A stretch of 64,000 bases of DNA from Candidatus Omnitrophota bacterium (GTDB lineage: Bacteria > Omnitrophota > Gorgyraeia > JAHJTE01): positions 199,674 through 263,673 of the forward strand of contig JAHJTE010000003.1 of the NCBI GenBank assembly GCA_018830005.1, read 5' to 3'. Made by a program: the position numbers and the translations under genes. Of the stretch, positions 1-8,754 are shown in pieces; position 1 is the stretch's first letter; the number at the start of each line of letters is the position of its first letter. The notes beneath the pieces are model-generated. The model was not told the origin of the DNA. It did not search any database and saw only the letters and a program-made list of their open reading frames with translations.

Positions 1-24
1 TTTTCATCAACATTAAAGGATCAT

Positions 25-109
25 CGGAGAGGGTGGGATTTGAACCCACGGTACCTTTCGGTACACGAGTACTCCAGACTCGCGCGCTAGGCCACTACGC
101 GACCTCTCC
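25..109 (-). tRNA. tRNA-Ser(GGA)
   Basis: Reverse complement GGAGAGGTCGCGTAGTGG...CGAGT-CTGGAGT-ACTCG...GGTTCAAATCCCACCCTCTCCG; long variable arm, G73; CCA not encoded. Confidence 0.95.
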
Positions 110-115
110 TGTTTA

Positions 116-601
116 TCAATTATTTAGCGCAGCCTGCTTTAATCTCTGCTTCCTAAAAAATTCTTGAAGCAATGCAGCGCAGTCTTGGCTCAAGATCCCG
201 CTTTTTACCTTAATGCGATGATTTAATTTTGAATTGTTAGCAATATTAAGCGCAGAACCACAAGCGCCTGCTTTAGGATCGGCTGCTCCGAAGAATACTT
301 CTTTAATACGTGCCAAAACCAATGCTCCGGCACACATAGAACAGGGCTCTATAGTAACATACATAGAACATTTTTTCAGCCATTTGGCCTTAAAGAAATT
401 AGTCGCAGCTGTCAAGGCAATCATCTCTGCATGTGCTGTTGGATCGTGCAAAAGTTCGACCTGATTGCAGGCTCGAGAGATAATCTTATCCTCATAGACA
501 ATAAGCGCTCCTACTGGCACATCCTCATGTCCGCTGGCCTTCTTTGCCTCTCTCAAAGCCTGGTGCATAAAAAGTTCATGTATTTTCTTCACTTCATTCA
601 T
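116..601 (-). CDS. tadA: tRNA adenosine(34) deaminase
   Basis: PVGA, PTAHAE and EPCSMC zinc-deaminase motifs; DPKAGA; C-terminal FFRKQR. Confidence 0.93.
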   Translation of the reverse strand: MNEVKKIHELFMHQALREAKKASGHEDVPVGALIVYEDKIISRACNQVELLHDPTAHAEMIALTAATNFFKAKWLKKCSMYVTIEPCSMCAGALVLARIKEVFFGAADPKAGACGSALNIANNSKLNHRIKVKSGILSQDCAALLQEFFRKQRLKQAALNN

Positions 602-613
602 CCTATCATAAAA

Positions 614-687
614 CGCGCCCAGTAGGATTCGAACCTACAACAACCAGTTCCGTAGACTGGTGCTCTATCCAATTGAGCCATGGGCGC
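614..687 (-). tRNA. tRNA-Arg(ACG)
   Basis: GCGCCCATGGCTCAATTGGATAGAGC; anticodon arm CCAGT-CTACGGA-ACTGG; T arm GGTTCGAATCC. Confidence 0.96.
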
Positions 688-764
688 ATTTGTCTCTATT
701 AATATTGATTATATTACATCGTTTGTCAAATTTTTACAAGTCTAAACTAGACAGGCGGAAATAA

Positions 765-3755
765 TCAAGGAATTAACTTAAGATAATCTTCTAGGAATCT
801 CTCCTCTTTAGAATTTCTTTCTAGTCTGTACAACTCTTTTGCTTTTTGTAAGCTATCTCTTGCTTGCTCGAAAAGCCCGCCTGCCTTTTTCAAATTTCCC
901 TTGATCTCTTCGATTTGTGCCAAGTCTCTATAAGACTGTCCAAGATATCTATAGGCAGAGGCCTCATCAGGGTTTAATTGTATAGCCTTTTTCAAGTAGG
1001 CTATAGCCTGCCCTCTTTGTGCAGCGCCAGGAGAATAATAGAGTCCCATTTGAGCTGATTCCCTATAAGTTTTACCTAGTAGTACGTAGGTTTGAGCAAG
1101 ATAATTATAGATAACAGAAATTTCAGGATCTAACTCTATAGCTTTTTTAAAGTTAATTTCTGCCTGTTCATACAGTTCTTTGGCCTTCAATAAATCTCCA
1201 TCTCTATACTTGAATCCACCCAATACCTTGTAAGCCTGAGCAAGGTTACAACAAGAACTGCTATTTTTAGGGTCTAACTCTACAGATTTTTTAAAGTAAA
1301 TCTCTTCTCGCTCATGCAGCTCTTTGGCTTTCACTAAATCTCCCCTAGCTTCTTCAACCTCGCTTAATTCCCTGTAGCTACTGCCGGTCAAAAAGTAAGC
1401 CTCACTGTCTCCTGGATTTAATTGGAGGGCTTTCTCAAAATAAGGTATGGCCTGTTTCTTTCTGCCTGAATAATAGTAAACACCACCAAGACCAACATAG
1501 GCCTCGGCATAATTAGGGTTTATTTCCATGGCCGCCTTGTATTCTTTAATCGCCCGTTCATGATCTCCTGTCTGAAAATCTTCCAAAAAATACTTATCAC
1601 CTTTAAACAAATGAATGACATAATCTTTATCTATGACTGCCTTATTAAGATCCTTTAGTACCTTTAATGCCCTTTTAGAAGCAGCGCTTAATCTGTTGTT
1701 TTCTACATTTTTTTTATACTGCTTTCGTGCCTCTTTGAATTTACCCTCAGAGGCGTAATCTATAGCTATTACCAAATCAGATTGATCAACTCCAGAAATA
1801 TAACCTAGACGGTTCTCATCTCTTTTAATAAGGATATTACTACTGACCAGAATAAACAGAGACAAAACAAACAACAGTAAGACTATCTTAAAGCTAGATA
1901 ATCTCCTTCCTCCTATTAAATTATTAAATTCCGCTGCAGTCCTGCTACGGGTCTTCAATAATAAAATTATAATAAATAAAAATGTTATTAAACTTATAGT
2001 CGATCCGATTATAAAGCTATCAGATAAATAATAAAACTCTATTTCTTTATCTTCTGGAGTAATTACAGTCCCCACCAATCCATTTAGTGATACTGTCTTA
2101 TAGTCCCTGCCTCCTTTTATTTTCCATCCAGAATTGTAATTCTGATTGAACACTAAATAACCTTTACTTAACGCATTAACATCTACCCTGACCCTGTTGG
2201 GTGACCATTTGCTAATCTGTACTTCACCTTGTGTCCCTCTAAGGTAAACCTCTCCTTTGTAATTATTAGAATGCATTGAGGCGACATTCGTAGGTACAAA
2301 AAGTGGTTCGTATGCATTTATAACTCCGATGTTACACAAAAAACCAGGATATAATCCCCATCCATCATCCTTATAGTAGAAAAAATTTCTATTTGAGCTG
2401 ATACAAAAATCTTCCTCATATAGTAATACGGTTGTTTCAACCTGTCGAAAGGTATCACTTTTTAGTGTTTTTAGTGGAGGAAATGGAAAGGCATCTTTTA
2501 ATACGTCTGAATTAACTAACATAAGGTCAACTAAAACAACAAACAGGATGGTCAGCATAATAAATCGCACTATGAATCTATTGACAATAATGCGTCTAAT
2601 ATACAAACTCACTGCATCAAACCCAAATCCAGCAAAAATTGATAAACATAACATAAACACGAACCGAAATCGTTGCGCCACCCGCATTGAGTTATATATC
2701 GGCAGACGATGAAGCAGTTCCCAAAGACTAAACGGGATACGATTACCAAAACCAAGCCATAGAAAGATTAGAAAAGACAATACCAAAACTATTCTCTTTT
2801 TGAAGAATAGCCCCAGTCCAATCAAAAACAGCAGAAACGGAATTATCCCAACATACATACCATTCTCATCCATAGCATAGCTGACACCATTAATAAAACC
2901 AGACATGCCTTCTGGGAGTTTAGCTATCGCAGCTAAGGATTGATCACGACTAAATAAACCAAAACGTAAAGAATTTAGACTGAAACCATCGTATTCAGTA
3001 GTAAATCGATAGCGTTGCAACACAAGCTCTTGAAAAGGAAGAGATTTAACGGCGCTTAAACAAGAGACGATAATCAAAATAATGACTAGAGTCTTTAGTG
3101 CTCTAATTAATCTATGTTGCCTACACAATACAGATAAAAAAGAATGCGCTGCGATAAAAGTTAAAGTAATAATTAATACTTGAACTCCGCCAGCAAAGAA
3201 CATTAACACGCAAAATAAACTACTTAAAAAGACGTATTTTAAATTAGAAAATGATTCCAAATAGTAAAGAATTGCCCATGGTATAAAGGCTATCGTCAAA
3301 AAGGTACTCATTCCTGCAGTAATGCTTAAGGCATACATGCTGCTAAGCATGAAAACAAAAGAAGATAGGACTGCTGCAGCCTGACTCTGTCTATAATATC
3401 GTGCTAGGCGAAAAACGCCAAACATTCCAATAACAAGATGCAGCCAAATTTCTATCTTTATGCCCCTTATAACGCCGAATAGTAAAACTAAAAGAAATGC
3501 TGGAGAAAGGAATGTTGACTGAGGATTTGCCAATAAATCCATTCCACCACAATAATATGGATTCCATAGAGGGAACTGATGATATTTTAGAATAGTAGCC
3601 CTGGGGACGGCATTATAAAACAAATGCTGATCCCAATCTTGAATACCCCAATTATCGAAATTATGAAATACAGGAAGGGTAAAAATAAACGCAATTAGAG
3701 AAAATAACAAAATTATACTTAATTTGCTTTTATAGAAGTCAGGAATATTAATCAT
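765..3755 (-). CDS. YfhO-like/GT-C-fold multi-pass membrane protein with C-terminal TPR array
   Basis: N-terminal DWDQ and PLWNPYxxGG motifs, many TM segments, YVG and R-x-x-x-RF loops, YfhO-like soluble C-terminal region (LVFNQNYNSGW), then TPRs (AEAYVGLG, A-x-x-LNP). Confidence 0.7.
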   Translation of the reverse strand: MINIPDFYKSKLSIILLFSLIAFIFTLPVFHNFDNWGIQDWDQHLFYNAVPRATILKYHQFPLWNPYYCGGMDLLANPQSTFLSPAFLLVLLFGVIRGIKIEIWLHLVIGMFGVFRLARYYRQSQAAAVLSSFVFMLSSMYALSITAGMSTFLTIAFIPWAILYYLESFSNLKYVFLSSLFCVLMFFAGGVQVLIITLTFIAAHSFLSVLCRQHRLIRALKTLVIILIIVSCLSAVKSLPFQELVLQRYRFTTEYDGFSLNSLRFGLFSRDQSLAAIAKLPEGMSGFINGVSYAMDENGMYVGIIPFLLFLIGLGLFFKKRIVLVLSFLIFLWLGFGNRIPFSLWELLHRLPIYNSMRVAQRFRFVFMLCLSIFAGFGFDAVSLYIRRIIVNRFIVRFIMLTILFVVLVDLMLVNSDVLKDAFPFPPLKTLKSDTFRQVETTVLLYEEDFCISSNRNFFYYKDDGWGLYPGFLCNIGVINAYEPLFVPTNVASMHSNNYKGEVYLRGTQGEVQISKWSPNRVRVDVNALSKGYLVFNQNYNSGWKIKGGRDYKTVSLNGLVGTVITPEDKEIEFYYLSDSFIIGSTISLITFLFIIILLLKTRSRTAAEFNNLIGGRRLSSFKIVLLLFVLSLFILVSSNILIKRDENRLGYISGVDQSDLVIAIDYASEGKFKEARKQYKKNVENNRLSAASKRALKVLKDLNKAVIDKDYVIHLFKGDKYFLEDFQTGDHERAIKEYKAAMEINPNYAEAYVGLGGVYYYSGRKKQAIPYFEKALQLNPGDSEAYFLTGSSYRELSEVEEARGDLVKAKELHEREEIYFKKSVELDPKNSSSCCNLAQAYKVLGGFKYRDGDLLKAKELYEQAEINFKKAIELDPEISVIYNYLAQTYVLLGKTYRESAQMGLYYSPGAAQRGQAIAYLKKAIQLNPDEASAYRYLGQSYRDLAQIEEIKGNLKKAGGLFEQARDSLQKAKELYRLERNSKEERFLEDYLKLIP

Positions 3756-3875
3756 TTACTCTTACCTGGGCCTCGATAACCCTATTTAATAACCCTATTG
3801 CCCTTCCCTCATAGATAGACCTTATTAACTAGAGTAAATATAGCTAGTGGTATCTTATTTTTTTAATAATTTTTC

Positions 3876-5606
3876 CTATTTAAAATCGCTAATCTGATAA
3901 GCAACCACTTTATTATCTTCGTATATTTTATTTAAAGAAAAAACATCTTTTATATACTTATGAACTGGGCTATCTAGATATGGTGCATGAATTATAATAT
4001 ATTTTACCTTAAAGAAGTTTTTGAAATTTTCTGCCATCTTCTGTTCTTCAATAATATCTGCGGGAAAAACATAATCTTTCTTATGCTGTAGGTTTATGAT
4101 GCTACTGATAACCGGCAGATTACTGTAATAATCTACTCTATTGTCAGGAAACCTTGAGACAAGACCGCCAAATGTCCGTTTTTCATGGATAGTTTGAAAA
4201 TACATAATATATGTGCTATCGGCACCGAGTAATTGAAAGCTATTCTGCCATCCTAGCGGTATCTCTAAAACAGTAATATCCTCCTCATCTTCTCTGATAT
4301 GCTCATAAACAGAAGGGGCCTTTGTGTATTGCATGGGAATTTTCGACAGATACTCAAATGAGATTAATGCTATTACAGCAAGAGCGACAAAAGTCTTTTG
4401 CGATGCTTTTTTCAATCTATCAAAGATAAAACTCAGGAAAAAAGACGATAAAATTGCACAATTTAATATAGCCATTATGATAAACCGCCCTGGGGCCCTA
4501 AGATTCTTTATAAGTGGGAAAAAATAAATAATGAAAAAAGGAAGAGGGACAATGGTCTTTCTGCCTCCGACATGAAGATATAGACCTAACGATAGTAAAA
4601 GAAATATAATAAGAGTAAGAGACCAAAATTTAACTTCTCTTTTTTTGTAAAATTTAATTATTGCTAAAACTGTCAAAATAATAACAGTAAAGCCAAGAAA
4701 AGCCATTTTTTCTCCGGAGTTAAATCCTAGATATCTTCCCATAAGGAAATGTTGGTCCGAGGAAACAAAAAAACTAAATAAATCTGCAGCGTAAAGAGCT
4801 TCTTTTAGACCTCTTGGTTCAGTACGGCCTTCTTTAATTGTATAGCTAATTGAAGATATTAGAATAGGTAGAAAAAGTATAAAGAAAGTTATAATGAGTG
4901 CTAAAAAATTTTTAAGGAATAAGGAATTTAAGATAAGTTTCCTATCTGATAAACGTACATATACCAGATAAAATCCTGTAAAAATAATCAAAAAAACAAA
5001 ATAATAATAGGCGGATAAGGCATTAAATAACAAGAAAAGCCCGGCTAAAATCCCATTATATAATCTAGCTTCCTTCTCCTTCGTCATGCGAATTAGAAAA
5101 AGGATATAGAATGGAATCCATTGAGTAGTTACTAAGTCCATATGGCCTAACAGGTGCACAAATTTATATGGACAGAATGCAAAAATAATACCACCAATAA
5201 ATGATGCCAGTTTGTTACGCGTAAGATAGTTTATTAATAAATAAGCTCCTAGGCCTGAGAGGACAAAGCTTAACACAGCAATGATGTTATATGAAATAGT
5301 TAAGCCAAAGAGTAATTGCAGGGGAATAGACATCAATCCATTCAAGAATGTAAATTCATGTAAGGCTAAATTTATACCCTGAGGATAGAAAATATAGTCT
5401 GTATAGAAAGGATTTGTCTTAAGATCTAGTAGGGCAAATTTTACCCACCATAGATTCCAAAGAAAAAGCGCAGCCTCTCCCTTATCGCCGACAATTGCCC
5501 TAGAGAAATTAGCAGCCAAAGGATAGGTAAAAAAGACAGTTAAAATTAAATATCCGATTAAGACTAGACAAATTATTGTTAATGGCTTCTTGAAGATTCT
5601 ATACAT
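3876..5606 (-). CDS. GT-C-fold/YfhO-like membrane protein (putative glycosyltransferase)
   Basis: FLWNLWW..NPFYTDYIFYP.G.NL, FAFCPY, LRAPGRF, VLEIP and MYFQTIH motifs; about 12 hydrophobic segments. Confidence 0.65.
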   Translation of the reverse strand: MYRIFKKPLTIICLVLIGYLILTVFFTYPLAANFSRAIVGDKGEAALFLWNLWWVKFALLDLKTNPFYTDYIFYPQGINLALHEFTFLNGLMSIPLQLLFGLTISYNIIAVLSFVLSGLGAYLLINYLTRNKLASFIGGIIFAFCPYKFVHLLGHMDLVTTQWIPFYILFLIRMTKEKEARLYNGILAGLFLLFNALSAYYYFVFLIIFTGFYLVYVRLSDRKLILNSLFLKNFLALIITFFILFLPILISSISYTIKEGRTEPRGLKEALYAADLFSFFVSSDQHFLMGRYLGFNSGEKMAFLGFTVIILTVLAIIKFYKKREVKFWSLTLIIFLLLSLGLYLHVGGRKTIVPLPFFIIYFFPLIKNLRAPGRFIIMAILNCAILSSFFLSFIFDRLKKASQKTFVALAVIALISFEYLSKIPMQYTKAPSVYEHIREDEEDITVLEIPLGWQNSFQLLGADSTYIMYFQTIHEKRTFGGLVSRFPDNRVDYYSNLPVISSIINLQHKKDYVFPADIIEEQKMAENFKNFFKVKYIIIHAPYLDSPVHKYIKDVFSLNKIYEDNKVVAYQISDFK

Positions 5607-5635
5607 TTCTTTTATCCAATCATCCTACATTGGAA

Positions 5636-5670
5636 ACAAAAAAGCAACTTTCAAACTTAGAAAGTTGCCT
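5636..5670 (-). terminator. Rho-independent terminator
   Basis: GCAACTTTC-TAAGTTT-GAAAGTTGC hairpin followed by a U-run on the minus strand, downstream of the beta-barrel gene. Confidence 0.75.
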
Positions 5671-5716
5671 CTTCTGCATTAAGCTGTCCACATTATATAT
5701 TACCACTTTATATCTT

Positions 5717-6598
5717 CTACCAAATTAGCGATACTTTAAGGCCATATTCCTTAGTTCTGTTTGCCGGTTCATAGCCTGCACTAACAACTGTACCAGAAAC
5801 TGTAATCAATGCCAGATTAGAATCTTCGATCTCCCAGTAGCGGAAAAATGGTTCTATCGATAGTTGGAATTTTTCATTGATTTTCTTTTTTAAATAAACT
5901 GAACCACGCACGCCATAACCATTATCCTGCTCATTCCTTAAATCGTTAAGGCTGGCGTCGACATCGCTAAGATGACTCTTTACAACGCCGGACCAGAAGA
6001 TATCGTATTCTGCCCGCACACCCCATGTCCAATCCTGGCCCAAGGGAGTCGACGTCTCAAAACCAACAGGGCTATAAAGATACGTTATCTCGCGTTCGTA
6101 TGCATAGATAGATTCAAGCTGGTCATTCAAATAGCGATATCCGAATCCAACAAAAGGAGTTATAGTAGAATCTGCTCTTTGAAAATCCCGACCTAATAGG
6201 CCTCGAATTTCAGCAGTATAATCGTCTCCTTCATCTGTATGGGGGGTACCGTTACTTAAAGAACCATCGTAATCAACACGGCCGTATGCAAAGCGTCCTT
6301 CTACACGACTTATTAGACAATCGCTTTTTGAACGACGCGTAAGTACACCGAACACACCATAGAAATCGCCTTCATCTTCTATATTTATGGGCGGTTCTTC
6401 ATAACTAAAAGAGGTATATTCTGAACCCATCTCAAAATCATAGCTAATTTCAAGGCCTGCTATAGCTTCTTCCTCGCTATAAACCTGGCCCCTTTTCTCT
6501 ATTTGATCCAATAAATTCTCTACCCCTTTTCTCTCTTGAGCATAGGATAGAGAAGCAATAAAAATTAACAAAAATACTGCTATACCGAATCCTCTCAT
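5717..6598 (-). CDS. Outer-membrane beta-barrel (autotransporter beta-domain-like) protein
   Basis: Start moved to ATG 6598 (AGGAGG SD upstream); signal peptide, alternating amphipathic strands (ITPFVGFGYRYL, IEPFFRYW), terminal aromatic W. Confidence 0.7.
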   Translation of the reverse strand: MRGFGIAVFLLIFIASLSYAQERKGVENLLDQIEKRGQVYSEEEAIAGLEISYDFEMGSEYTSFSYEEPPINIEDEGDFYGVFGVLTRRSKSDCLISRVEGRFAYGRVDYDGSLSNGTPHTDEGDDYTAEIRGLLGRDFQRADSTITPFVGFGYRYLNDQLESIYAYEREITYLYSPVGFETSTPLGQDWTWGVRAEYDIFWSGVVKSHLSDVDASLNDLRNEQDNGYGVRGSVYLKKKINEKFQLSIEPFFRYWEIEDSNLALITVSGTVVSAGYEPANRTKEYGLKVSLIW

Positions 6599-6702
6599 AC
6601 TCCCTCCTATATAGTCTCTTTTAATTATATCATCAATCGCCAAAGAGAAAAATCAAATTTGCAGAATTATTGCTAGAGAAAAATGGTAGGAACCAAAAGG
6701 TA

Positions 6703-6796
6703 TGGCGGAGAGACTGGGATTCGAACCCAGGGGTCCGCTTGTGGCAAACCAATCGCTTAGCAGGCGACTCCATTAGACCAACTCTGGCATCTCTCC
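6703..6796 (-). tRNA. tRNA-Ser(GCT)
   Basis: Anticodon arm GTCGC-CTGCTAA-GCGAT, long variable arm, 3' end TCTCTCCGCCA with encoded CCA. Confidence 0.95.
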
Positions 6797-6884
6797 GATT
6801 TTATACACAGATCATCGCAGATGCTATAGAAAATGTGTCAAAATTGTATCATAATTAAAGGATTTAAGCAAGCTGGGAACTGTT

Positions 6885-7034
6885 CTATTTCCTCTTCAGC
6901 TTCATCTGTTCGCCGCAGCAAATAACATCACACTCTTCAACACAGCCGCATATATTATCAACCTTCAAAATAAGTCCACATACGTTACAAGTTATTTTTT
7001 TGTCTTTTGAGATTCTCTTTTTAGTTTTTACCAT
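6885..7034 (-). CDS. 49-aa Cys-rich desulforedoxin-like metal-binding protein (not in ORF track)
   Basis: Hand translation MVKTKKRISKDKKITCNVCGLILKVDNICGCVEECDVICCGEQMKLKRK; AAGGAG SD; CxxCG...CCGEQM pattern. Confidence 0.75.
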   Translation of the reverse strand: MVKTKKRISKDKKITCNVCGLILKVDNICGCVEECDVICCGEQMKLKRK

Positions 7035-7087
7035 TTTCTGTCTCCTTCTAATAACCAATATCTAATCCCTCTAAATTAAAAGATTAT

Positions 7088-7175
7088 CGGAGAGGGTGGG
7101 ATTCGAACCCACGTGAGACTTACGTCCCAACCGCTTTTCGAGAGCGGCCTGTTATGACCACTTCAGTACCTCTCC
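7088..7175 (-). tRNA. tRNA-Ser(CGA)
   Basis: Anticodon arm CCGCT-CTCGAAA-AGCGG, long variable arm, GGTTCGAATCCCACCCTCTCCG. Confidence 0.95.
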
Positions 7176-7221
7176 AAAATTTATACATAAATTTCGGATC
7201 TTAAGGTAGACGAGGGAGCTC

Positions 7222-7830
7222 CTATTTTTTCCTCACAAACAATAGCGGAAATACTATATCACTTATACAACAGGGTATCCAGACGGCAAGAAATATAAAC
7301 AGAAAGATAAACACATATGAGAGCCAACCTAAAGTACCGCTCATTGCCATAATAACATGAAAAAGCGAAGCCCAGGTACTTAACAATACGTGGCCAAAAT
7401 GAGGAAACTTAGTTGCTGGTTTAAAATAAGCTATTGCTATACCTAAAATTGCCGAGGGATTAACTAACCACCACTCTTCTATAAAACCTAAATGGACGTC
7501 CCTTGCTGGCAGGTTAAGCAAGGTTTCTCCTAGATACGGAATCAAGGAATCACTTAAAGTAGCTATACCAACAGAACCCACATAACCGATAATAAATAAA
7601 GTCCCTAAATTACATTTCGCTCGATTAACGCTGCATCTATAGAATTCATACATCGAAGCAGTAACAATGGCGCTTAAAACAACGTGAATCGGATGAAGTA
7701 TATAAAAGACATTGTAAGAAACCTGCTGAGGCAATTTATGAGCAAACAACATAACGATTATTCCAGTAAGCGCCCCAAAAAATGTAAACGGTGCATGATG
7801 CCTTAATTCTTCAATTATTTTATTAAACAT
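7222..7830 (-). CDS. His-containing multi-pass membrane protein of unknown function (possible metal permease)
   Basis: About 6 TM segments with intramembrane His (HH, HPxH, PHxxH, FH) and a PCCISD motif. Confidence 0.6.
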   Translation of the reverse strand: MFNKIIEELRHHAPFTFFGALTGIIVMLFAHKLPQQVSYNVFYILHPIHVVLSAIVTASMYEFYRCSVNRAKCNLGTLFIIGYVGSVGIATLSDSLIPYLGETLLNLPARDVHLGFIEEWWLVNPSAILGIAIAYFKPATKFPHFGHVLLSTWASLFHVIMAMSGTLGWLSYVFIFLFIFLAVWIPCCISDIVFPLLFVRKK

Positions 7831-8113
7831 TTTCTAAACTTCCTTACTAAATAAATCAAGCCTTTTAGCCTTATTATTATCTAAGATAGAAATTAGTTAC
7901 GGCATGATTTGCTGATCCATAATTTATTAATATTGCTTCTCTTCCGTAAGCTATATATAGAATGGCGGAAAGGAAGGAAGTCTTCTAAGTTAAATTCTCT
8001 AACTCTCGGTAGGATAATAGTTTATAACATAAGTCTTTTATTGTCAAATAATTAACCTTTACATATGTTACACAACTTTATACAACTTTTTCCTGTGTAT
8101 TCACTTTAGATGA

Positions 8114-8141
8114 CCCTGTGAAAATCCCCGATTTTCACAGG
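8114..8141. repeat. Perfect 12-bp-stem palindrome (REP-like element or terminator), related to 33794-33835
   Basis: CCTGTGAAAATC-CCC-GATTTTCACAGG just downstream of the MarC gene. Confidence 0.7.
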
Positions 8142-8172
8142 ATTAGTCCTACACAATTTAATCACAAATAAT

Positions 8173-8754
8173 CTACAAATTCAAAATATAAACTATGCCC
8201 TTTCTTATCATCATAACAGCAATAGCAGCAAGTAGCAGACTTGTAACTTTTGATAGGGCTTTACTTCCTGCTTCGCCTAATCTCTTTATCAAAATCTCTG
8301 ATGACGAGAAGACTAATCCAGCCAAAAGAATGTTAAGAAAAATTGCGATCAATGTTGCAAATAAGCCGTATTCAGGAATAATTATTAAAGAGGTAGTAAG
8401 AACAGCCGGACCAACAATTAAGGGGGTGCCTAAAGGAACTGCTCCTAATTCTTTAGCCGGCAGGCGACGACGCTTACCGGGGCTAAGTATGTCAATTATA
8501 GCTATACAAAATAAAATTGCACCGCCTGCTACCATAAAATCCCCTAGACTTATACCAAGAAATTCAAAAACACCTTTGCCTAAAAATATAAAACCCACGG
8601 CTAAACAAAGAGCAGTTATAATCGATTGAATTATAATCTTGGATTTATCTTCTTTTATTAAACCACGAGTAAGAGAAACAAATATTGGCAACACTCCAAT
8701 TGCATCAACTGCTACAAATATAGGTATAAAAGCTAATAGTATATTTTTAATCAT
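8173..8754 (-). CDS. MarC family membrane protein
   Basis: F-x-x-VDAIGVLP.F, AGG-x-LF, VPLGTPLIVGPA and LLLAAIAV signatures. Confidence 0.88.
   Translation of the reverse strand: MIKNILLAFIPIFVAVDAIGVLPIFVSLTRGLIKEDKSKIIIQSIITALCLAVGFIFLGKGVFEFLGISLGDFMVAGGAILFCIAIIDILSPGKRRRLPAKELGAVPLGTPLIVGPAVLTTSLIIIPEYGLFATLIAIFLNILLAGLVFSSSEILIKRLGEAGSKALSKVTSLLLAAIAVMMIRKGIVYILNL

Noticed and set aside
3776-3799. Short direct repeat ATAACCCTATT x2
   Set aside because: Only two copies in AT-rich DNA with no supporting context.
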